From assembly GCA_045807245.1 (NCBI GenBank), contig JBJMHS010000006.1:1-34441 (forward strand): a DNA stretch of 34,441 nucleotides, given 5' to 3'. The notes beneath the pieces were generated by a model. That model was not told the origin of the DNA, did not search any database, and was given only the letters and a program-made list of their open reading frames with translations. How positions within the stretch are numbered: the stretch's first letter is position 1; the number at the start of each line of letters is the position of its first letter. Both the position numbers and the translations under genes were made by a program. Source of the DNA: Actinomycetales bacterium. Lineage in GTDB: Bacteria > Actinomycetota > Actinomycetes > Actinomycetales > CAVURS01. Positions 28,367-34,441 of this stretch are shown here, piece after piece.

Positions 28367-29329
28367 GTGAGGCTCCGCCGAGGCGTCGTGACGGGTCTGG
28401 CCGGCCTGGTCGGCCTGGTCCTCACCGCCGTACCGTCCCGGCCCAGCGGGTCGGCCAGCCTGCATGTCCACCTACCGCGACCGGTCCGCCACGTCGCAGC
28501 GGTGCCGACCGTGGCCGGCTGCCCGCTGTTCCCGGCGAACAACCCCTGGCGGCAGGACATCTCCGGCCTGGCGGTGAGCTCGCACTCCGCGGCGTGGGTG
28601 GCCAGTGCGGGAGCGTCCACCCGGCTGCATCCCGACTTCGGGTCCGACCCGTCGTACGGCATCCCGTACAGCGAGGTCCCGGCCGGCCAGGCCATGGTGC
28701 CCGTCACGTTCACCGCGTACGGCGACGAGAGCGACCCCGGGCCGTACCCCATCCCCTCCGATGCGAAGGTCGAGGCCGGGGGAGACCGGCACGTGCTCGT
28801 GGCCTCGGGCGACTGCAAGATCTACGAGCTGTACGGCGCGGTGCACTCCGGCAGCGCGTGGAAGGCTTCCAACGGCGCCGTGTTCGACCTCACGAGCAAC
28901 GCGCTGCGGCCCGACGGCTGGACGTCCGCCGATGCAGCCGGCCTGCCGATCCTGCCGGGCCTGGTCCGGCGCGACGAGGCCCAGTCCGGTCACATCGACC
29001 ACGCCCTGCGCTTCACGCTGTCGACGACCCAGCGCGGCTACATCAGCCCGGCGACCCACGAGGCCGGTTCGACGTCGAGTGCGTCGTACGCGCCTATGGG
29101 TGCGCGGTTCCGCCTCAAGGCGTCCTACGACCTCAGTCCCTTCCACGGCGCGTCGCTGGTCATCCTCCAGGCGTTGAAGAAGTACGGCATGTTCGTGGCC
29201 GACAACGGCTCCAACTGGTACATCTCCGGAGCGACCGACACCGGCTGGGACGACGACGATCTCAGCCAGCTCAAGACAGTGCCCGGCAGTGCTTTCGAGG
29301 TCGTCGAGACCGGACCCATCGAGCACTGA
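28367..29329 (+). CDS. Conserved secreted protein of unknown function
   Basis: Signal peptide (LRRGVV, possibly Tat); motifs GCPLFPANNPW, YGDESDPGPYPIP, GDRHVLV, WTSADAAGLP, HALRFT, YGMFVADNGS; codon usage typical of a real gene. Confidence 0.8.
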   Translation: MRLRRGVVTGLAGLVGLVLTAVPSRPSGSASLHVHLPRPVRHVAAVPTVAGCPLFPANNPWRQDISGLAVSSHSAAWVASAGASTRLHPDFGSDPSYGIPYSEVPAGQAMVPVTFTAYGDESDPGPYPIPSDAKVEAGGDRHVLVASGDCKIYELYGAVHSGSAWKASNGAVFDLTSNALRPDGWTSADAAGLPILPGLVRRDEAQSGHIDHALRFTLSTTQRGYISPATHEAGSTSSASYAPMGARFRLKASYDLSPFHGASLVILQALKKYGMFVADNGSNWYISGATDTGWDDDDLSQLKTVPGSAFEVVETGPIEH

Positions 29330-29356
29330 GCCGGCCGCCGAAAAGGCGTCGAAGAC

Positions 29357-29378
29357 TGTCGGTGGTGCGCTCTAGCGT
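29357..29378 (+). promoter_or_regulatory. PafBC / RecA-NDp-type DNA-damage promoter
   Basis: TGTCGG(TG)-...-TAGCGT with exactly 10 nt between TGTCGG and TA, i.e. TGTCGG-N10-TA-N3-T; 6 nt to GTG 29385. Confidence 0.8.
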
Positions 29379-29384
29379 TGCTTC

Positions 29385-29912
29385 GTGACCAGCCTGGTGG
29401 ACAGACAGCTCGCAGCCATCGCCGAGGTCCGTGAGGTCTCTCGCGGACTGGCCGTCGACATCTGGCTGCGTGGCGGCTGGGCGGTCGACTTCTATCTGGG
29501 CCGGGTGACCCGGGACCACAGCGACGTGGACTGGTTCGTCTGGTCCGGCCACCTGGACGCGGTGACCGAGCGCCTGATGGACCTCGGCTGGGCGTCGGTG
29601 GATGCTGGGTCCGGACCGCACCGGACAGTGACGCGACACGATGTGCACATGTCGTTCCAGGCCATGGCGCCCGGCGCCGGCACCGCGCCGGTCATCGCCG
29701 ATGGTCCCTTGGTCGGCGAACACTGGCCGGCTGCCATGATCGCCGACGCCCAGGTGGGGCGGATCGGCGCGCAGGACTGCCTGACCATCAGCCCGGCGGC
29801 GCAGCTGCGGCTGAAACGCATGACGCCGCAATGGTTTCCGGGGCGTACGACGCGGCCAAAGGACCTGGAGGACATCGCCAACCTCGAGGGTGCGTTGCAG
29901 CTCAGGGCCTGA
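29385..29912 (+). CDS. Nucleotidyltransferase, ANT(2'')/Lnu-like family
   Basis: WLRGGWAVDFYLGRVTRDHSDVD (GG + DxD); C-terminal CLTISPAAQL..K..RPKDLED. Confidence 0.85.
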   Translation: MTSLVDRQLAAIAEVREVSRGLAVDIWLRGGWAVDFYLGRVTRDHSDVDWFVWSGHLDAVTERLMDLGWASVDAGSGPHRTVTRHDVHMSFQAMAPGAGTAPVIADGPLVGEHWPAAMIADAQVGRIGAQDCLTISPAAQLRLKRMTPQWFPGRTTRPKDLEDIANLEGALQLRA

Positions 29913-29914
29913 CG

Positions 29915-29955
29915 ACGCCAGGTGCCTGGCGCTCGCGCCGAGCTTGGCCTGGCGT
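29915..29955. terminator. Hairpin between convergent nucleotidyltransferase and VOC genes
   Basis: ACGCCAGG (29915-29922) is complementary to CCTGGCGT (29948-29955) and, over 7 nt, to the internal CCTGGCG (29925-29931). Confidence 0.45.
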
Positions 29956-30393
29956 TCAGCGGAGCTCTTCGACCAGTCCGATGATGACGCCGGCGGGGCC
30001 GCGGACGTAGCAGTAGCGATAGGTGTCCTCGAACTGGGCCACCTGGCCCACGAGCTCCGCGCCATGGCCCCGCAGGCGGTCGAAGACCTCGTCGACCGCG
30101 TCGACGACGAACGTGAGACGAGGGATGCCCGGAGTGTTCACCGGCGCCCTCGGCGCACCGCAGGTCGGCACCGGAGAGTGGAACCTCGACAGCTCGACCC
30201 GACCGTGGCCGTCCGGGGTCCGGAGGAAGGCGAGATCCGCTCGCACCCCGTCCAGCCCGACGAGCTGGTCCACCCACTCACCTTCGACTGCTGTGTCCCC
30301 CTCCGGCTCCAGGCCCAGCTCGACGAAGAACGCCACGGCCGCCGCGAGATCCTCCACGACGAAGCCGACATGATCCATCCGGTAGAGCGTCAC
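29956..30393 (-). CDS. VOC-family (glyoxalase/bleomycin resistance) protein
   Basis: MDHVGFVVEDL..AVAFFVELGL, TPDGHGRVEL, CYVRGPAGVIIGLVE; GTG 30393 lies 8 nt after -10 TACGCT (30407-30402). Confidence 0.9.
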   Translation of the reverse strand: MTLYRMDHVGFVVEDLAAAVAFFVELGLEPEGDTAVEGEWVDQLVGLDGVRADLAFLRTPDGHGRVELSRFHSPVPTCGAPRAPVNTPGIPRLTFVVDAVDEVFDRLRGHGAELVGQVAQFEDTYRYCYVRGPAGVIIGLVEELR

Positions 30394-30449
30394 GCCACAC
30401 GAGCGTAGGGGCGACGATGCTGGCTGGGCCGTCTGGGCCGACTGGCCAC

Positions 30450-30479
30450 CTGGGTCCTCGGATTGAGGACCTAGACCCA
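30450..30479. promoter_or_regulatory. Inverted-repeat operator candidate between VOC and the large secreted gene
   Basis: CTGGGTCCTC-GGATT-GAGGACCTAG (10-bp arms, one mismatch), overlapped by TGGGTC...GACCCA. Confidence 0.4.
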
Positions 30480-30549
30480 TACCTCGGGCCCGACCGCTCG
30501 CCGGAGACTGCCGGGGTCGAACTCTTCGACCCGAACCGACTCCCTGTGG

Positions 30550-33500
30550 GTGAGCGCTGTGCTCCGAACCATCCTGAAGCCCTACTCCTCGCGCGTTCTG
30601 GCCACCGCAGCCCTCGCCGCCGCCGCGGTGTGCCTGTCCTTCGTCACTGCCGTGCCCGCGCGCGCCAACCCGGGTGACACGACGGTCATCACCGGCCCGG
30701 CGAACCCGGTGAACCCCAACGGACCGGTCCTGACCGTGTCGCAGACCTCGCTCGGAGCGGTGCGGGTGAACAACCCGGGCAACGTCGCGCCGATCGACCA
30801 GCAATGCGTCGGGATGCCGGACGGCCAGCAGACGTGCGTCGGTGCGTCGGGGCAGATCCTGTTCGCGAACGGCGCCCAGAACGCGCCGATCCACGTACAA
30901 CGCACCGACCTCTACGGCGACCGGATCCGGGAGAACCTGGGCTGGATCATCGACGAGGCCCACCAGGCCGTCGCCGCTATCCACGGCGTCAGCAACGACG
31001 ACCTCGTGGACAGCTATGCCCGGCCCGAGATCCGCAGCTACGTGGCGCTGCGGCTGCAGACCATCCTCGAGAAGAAGCTGTACGGCGGGCAGCTCACCGC
31101 TCAGGAGAGCCAGACGTACGACTGGCTCATGCGGCAGCTCAACAGCCGCGAGACGGCCAAGGCCAAGGCCGTCCTGGCCGAGTACGAGCGCTGGGAGGCC
31201 GACCCGTGCGGCTACCCGGTTCCTGCCCCACCGGCCGGCAGCGGCCTGCCCGTCGTACCGAACCCCGGCTTCGACAGCGCCAACTGCCGCGTCGCGAACG
31301 GCGCGGGACAGCTCTACAAGATCACGAAGGGGACCCCGGGCATCGAGACGTTCGAGAGCTGGGCGGCGTACCGGCATCCCACGCCGATGATGCGCCTCGC
31401 CGGAGACCCGGTTCTGCAGCAGATGAACTACAACACCGTGCTGGGCAGTGCCTTCATCACCGGGCTCGGGGCCGCGACGGTGGCGGCCGGGGCCACCCTG
31501 ATCGCCGTCGCCAGCAGCTCCGCCGCCATCGCTGCCGTCACGGCCGTGACCGGCGTCGCCTTCTTCATCCCGTTGGAGGCGGCCACTGTCAGCGGCCTCG
31601 GAGGGACGTTCGGGTTCAGCGCCGGCGCGGTCAGTGGTGCTATCGCCGGGGCGACCGCGGCGGCCGCGGCGGGCGTGGTGTTCGCCGTCGTGCTCGCGCT
31701 GATCGCGATTGGCGTGTCGTCGTGGATGATCGCCCAGGAGCAGAGCACCGCGGACACCATCCGCGAGCGGGCCCAGTCCGCAGGGACCAACGACGACCCG
31801 GTCGGCATCGTCGCCGACCAGGCGCGCTACCGCGGGTTGGACCAGGACACCCTGCAGGACCCGGCGACCGGCGACAAGGCGCTGATCCACCGGCCGGAGT
31901 TCGGCCAGCAGCTGATGGGCATGGTGCAGGAGTGGCTGGCCTTCGATGGCGACGGCAACCTGGTCCCCGACCCGCAGACGCCGTTCGACCCGGCCGCCAC
32001 CGAGCCCGACGCCGGTGCGGCCGCGCGGCTGAGCCTGGTCGGGTCCGCGCCCGGTTCGTCCGACCCGCTGTCCGTCAAGGCTCCGGCCGGCACGGTCGAC
32101 AGCCAAGGACGGCCGGTCACCGGCCATCAGGTCTGGCTCAGCCACGGCTGGCTGATGGTTAGTGACTACGTCCGGGGGGTCTACCAGCCGGCCCGGCCCG
32201 CGACTGTGCTCAGCTTCGTGGATGCCGACGGGACTCCTGGTGTGGTGAGCATCCTGCGGCGGGCCCAGCCGTCGGGCCTATCGCGCGACCAGTTCCTGGT
32301 GGTGCGTGCGCCGTCCGGTCAGCCACTGCAGTCGGCAGCGACCGACACGTGGACCTTCCAGGGAGCCGGGGGAGCCGTGCAGACCGCGCAGATCGCCACC
32401 GAGAACCCGCGCCTGCCCACCATCAGCCTCCTGCCCACCGTGACCGGCGACGCCTTCTATCCCGGGCACCTGCTGACGTTCCAGTCGAACGTCTCGGACC
32501 CGGGTCGGAACGTGCCCGGGCGGTACAGCTGGTCCATCGACCGGCTCGGTGACGACGGGCAGGTCCTGGACTCGACGGAGCACGGCGCACTGGAGAACCT
32601 GCTGGGCTTCCAGGAGCGTTTCGACCGGCCAGGCAGCTATCGAGCCGTGGTCCACTACGCCGGCATCCAGCGTCCGGTCGGCCCGTTCGACGCCTCCGGT
32701 GTGGTGACGTTCACCATCGCCCAGCCTCAGCCGACGGTGATGACCGGTGCCCTCCGCGACGACCTGGCGCTGCGCGATCAGCTGTCCCTCAACCTCCGGC
32801 TGCAGGAGCCGGTCGACCACGACACCCTGGACGTCGATGTGCGGTGGGCCGATGACGGCGCGGGGCACGCCGTCACCCGCCACTACGTCGTACATTGCCG
32901 GGCCCTCGGCGACGGCGGCTGTGACACGGACCCGCTCGTGGCACCGGAGGAGGCCCCGGTGAACCCGAACTGGTCGGAGTCGCCGACCTACCGGATCCCG
33001 GATGACCAGGTGTACCTGCCGCAGGTCACGGCGACTGTGACCAACGGGTTCGGGCAGTCGACGACGCTCGCGCTCCAGGCGCCGGGGGAGCACCGGCCGC
33101 GCTACCTCGACCGCACCCCGACCGTGCAGATGGTCGCCGGGTCGGCGAGCCGGGTCCGCGTCACGGAGGTCCGTCCGACGACGCTGGCCGGAGACCCGGC
33201 CATCACCATCCTGCCGTTCGTCGACACCATCGAGGCCGGCCTGCCGGCCGGAGTGCGGGCTAGCGTCGACCAGGTCGACGGGCACTGGTACCTCGAGCTG
33301 TTCGGTGCGCCGCGCGCGGACGACGTCGGTCCGCACACCTTCTACTTCCCGGTCGAGCAGGAGCCGGTGGGAATGGGTCTGCGACCCGCGCCGGCCCTCG
33401 TGACACTCGACGTCGTACCGAGCACGACGCCGGGCTACCGAGCCGTTCTCCGGAACACGCCGGCGACCCTCGCCGAACGTCTCTACCGCACCGGTTACCC

Positions 33501-34368
33501 CGACTATCTGGTCCAGGTGATGCAGACGTTGGCGAACGGCGAGCGCTTCGCACCGTTCACCGGGACGGTCATGTGCCAGCTCAGCGCATCCGGCACGGTC
33601 CTGCTGCGCCAGCCGTGCGCGCCCGACCAGGTGTTCCCCTGGCCGTCCGCGCTGCTCGACGACAGCTACACCGCCGAGGTGTGGGTCGAGTCGGACGCGC
33701 AACCGGTCGTGCCTGACCACTACTCGGTGACGCTGGGCACGGTGTTCCTGCGGCCGGAGCTGACGGTTGCCCCGAGCGAACCGTCGGCCCAGACCTCGAC
33801 GGTCAGCCTGGCGATCACCGACCGCCGCTACTCGGAGGACGGCGCCGTGCCCGCGCCGTTCTCGGCCCACGCCTACGCCGTCACCTGCTCGCTGGACGAC
33901 GCGGCGTTCGCACCCTGCCTGGACGGTGGCACGATGTCCGTCCTGCGGACGCCCGGGGCGCACCACCTGACGGCACGGGTCGAGGCCCCGGACGGCGCCT
34001 CGAAGGAGACCACCGTCAGCTGGCAGGTGGACACCCCACCCACCACACTGGCGCTCCGCCACCCCCTGGGCTACCACGCGGCCGGCAGCTCGCTGGAGGT
34101 TCTGGCATCCGGACTGCTGCCCCAGGAGAGCTACCGCGTTCTGGTGGCCGGCCAGCTCGTCGCCACCGGTCATGCCGCCGACGACGGCACGGTGCTGCGG
34201 GTCGTCACCATCCCGATCTCCACGCCGAACGGATCGCGCGCGTTGGTGGTGTACGGCGCCACACCGAGCCGGGTGGGTCGCACGCACATCCGGGTCGTGT
34301 CGCCGGTGCCGCGGACGACCGTCAGCAGCTGGTGGTCCCATCGGCCCGGGGCAGCCGTCCTGACATAA
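30550..34368 (+). CDS. Large secreted multidomain protein (signal peptide, helical domain, 99-aa hydrophobic segment, PKD/Ig-like modules)
   Basis: 1272-aa ORF with high GC3; Sec signal ending VPARA; residues ~297-395 hydrophobic; YSWSI..FDRPGSY and VRWADDG PKD-like; CSLDDAAFAPC..GAHHLTARV Ig-like; start could be 30550 or 30559. Confidence 0.85.
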   Translation: MSAVLRTILKPYSSRVLATAALAAAAVCLSFVTAVPARANPGDTTVITGPANPVNPNGPVLTVSQTSLGAVRVNNPGNVAPIDQQCVGMPDGQQTCVGASGQILFANGAQNAPIHVQRTDLYGDRIRENLGWIIDEAHQAVAAIHGVSNDDLVDSYARPEIRSYVALRLQTILEKKLYGGQLTAQESQTYDWLMRQLNSRETAKAKAVLAEYERWEADPCGYPVPAPPAGSGLPVVPNPGFDSANCRVANGAGQLYKITKGTPGIETFESWAAYRHPTPMMRLAGDPVLQQMNYNTVLGSAFITGLGAATVAAGATLIAVASSSAAIAAVTAVTGVAFFIPLEAATVSGLGGTFGFSAGAVSGAIAGATAAAAAGVVFAVVLALIAIGVSSWMIAQEQSTADTIRERAQSAGTNDDPVGIVADQARYRGLDQDTLQDPATGDKALIHRPEFGQQLMGMVQEWLAFDGDGNLVPDPQTPFDPAATEPDAGAAARLSLVGSAPGSSDPLSVKAPAGTVDSQGRPVTGHQVWLSHGWLMVSDYVRGVYQPARPATVLSFVDADGTPGVVSILRRAQPSGLSRDQFLVVRAPSGQPLQSAATDTWTFQGAGGAVQTAQIATENPRLPTISLLPTVTGDAFYPGHLLTFQSNVSDPGRNVPGRYSWSIDRLGDDGQVLDSTEHGALENLLGFQERFDRPGSYRAVVHYAGIQRPVGPFDASGVVTFTIAQPQPTVMTGALRDDLALRDQLSLNLRLQEPVDHDTLDVDVRWADDGAGHAVTRHYVVHCRALGDGGCDTDPLVAPEEAPVNPNWSESPTYRIPDDQVYLPQVTATVTNGFGQSTTLALQAPGEHRPRYLDRTPTVQMVAGSASRVRVTEVRPTTLAGDPAITILPFVDTIEAGLPAGVRASVDQVDGHWYLELFGAPRADDVGPHTFYFPVEQEPVGMGLRPAPALVTLDVVPSTTPGYRAVLRNTPATLAERLYRTGYPDYLVQVMQTLANGERFAPFTGTVMCQLSASGTVLLRQPCAPDQVFPWPSALLDDSYTAEVWVESDAQPVVPDHYSVTLGTVFLRPELTVAPSEPSAQTSTVSLAITDRRYSEDGAVPAPFSAHAYAVTCSLDDAAFAPCLDGGTMSVLRTPGAHHLTARVEAPDGASKETTVSWQVDTPPTTLALRHPLGYHAAGSSLEVLASGLLPQESYRVLVAGQLVATGHAADDGTVLRVVTIPISTPNGSRALVVYGATPSRVGRTHIRVVSPVPRTTVSSWWSHRPGAAVLT

Positions 34369-34385
34369 TGTGGATTATCGGCGTA
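34358..34385 (-). other. dif-type XerC/XerD recombination site (11-6-11)
   Basis: Minus strand TACGCCGATAA-TCCACA-TTATGTCAGGA; matches 25/28 positions of the actinobacterial dif consensus as I recall it (TTCGCCGATAA-TVNACA-TTATGTCAAGT); AT-rich island in GC-rich DNA. Confidence 0.85.
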
Positions 34386-34441
34386 GCCGGGAGGACGAGC
34401 CGGACCCTTGGCGGGACCAGGTCTGTACACCGAATCCCGAG

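Noticed and set aside
30514..30532. TCGAAC-TC-TTCGA as a LexA box
   Set aside because: Spacing is wrong and the GTTC half-site is missing; treated as a hairpin instead.
29956..32145. 729-aa minus-strand ORF apparently fusing a long N-terminus to the VOC domain
   Set aside because: The N-terminal part is the antisense shadow of the 1272-aa gene (Arg/Gly/Ala-rich, no motifs); the real VOC gene starts at 30393.
16576..34341. Long antisense or alternate-frame ORFs (e.g. 16576-18462, 21838-23682, 26364-28244 extension, 32278-34341)
   Set aside because: Expected in high-GC3 DNA where stops are rare; they overlap well-supported genes and have no recognisable motifs.
26248..34357. A second dif-like site that would close a cassette within the window
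   Set aside because: I searched the intergenic regions by eye for GATAA/TTATG-type arms and found none; any partner would lie outside the window or be too degenerate to see.

Overview
A 34.4-kb, very GC-rich chromosomal segment of an actinomycete (Actinomycetota; the genus cannot be fixed from sequence alone). Bases 1-26247 are the conserved actinobacterial core block: HIT, EF-G paralogue, pgsA-acyltransferase-pimA-LemA-like, pdxS/pdxT, yebC, ruvCAB, yajC-secDF, apt, relA, DUF349, cyclophilin, MBL-fold, hisS and aspS. Kynureninase, a small ABM-like gene and an AlkB-family gene are interspersed on the minus strand. Bases 26248-34441 are an accessory block: REP-like repeat, MFS/TetR pair, conserved secreted protein, ANT(2'')/Lnu-like nucleotidyltransferase, VOC protein and a 1272-aa secreted protein. 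The most striking signals are: (i) a 28-bp XerC/XerD dif-type site at 34358-34385 whose XerD arm supplies the TAA stop of the 1272-aa gene; (ii) that gene's architecture, with a signal peptide, helical domain, 99-residue hydrophobic segment and Ig/PKD-like modules, suggesting a membrane-inserting toxin or adhesin; (iii) an exact PafBC/RecA-NDp DNA-damage promoter driving the nucleotidyltransferase; (iv) LexA boxes at ruvC and alkB; (v) very compact divergent leaderless promoters (kynU/pdxT, MFS/TetR). I saw no rRNA, tRNA, CRISPR array, transposase or integrase. All product calls come from motif recognition and synteny, not database searches.
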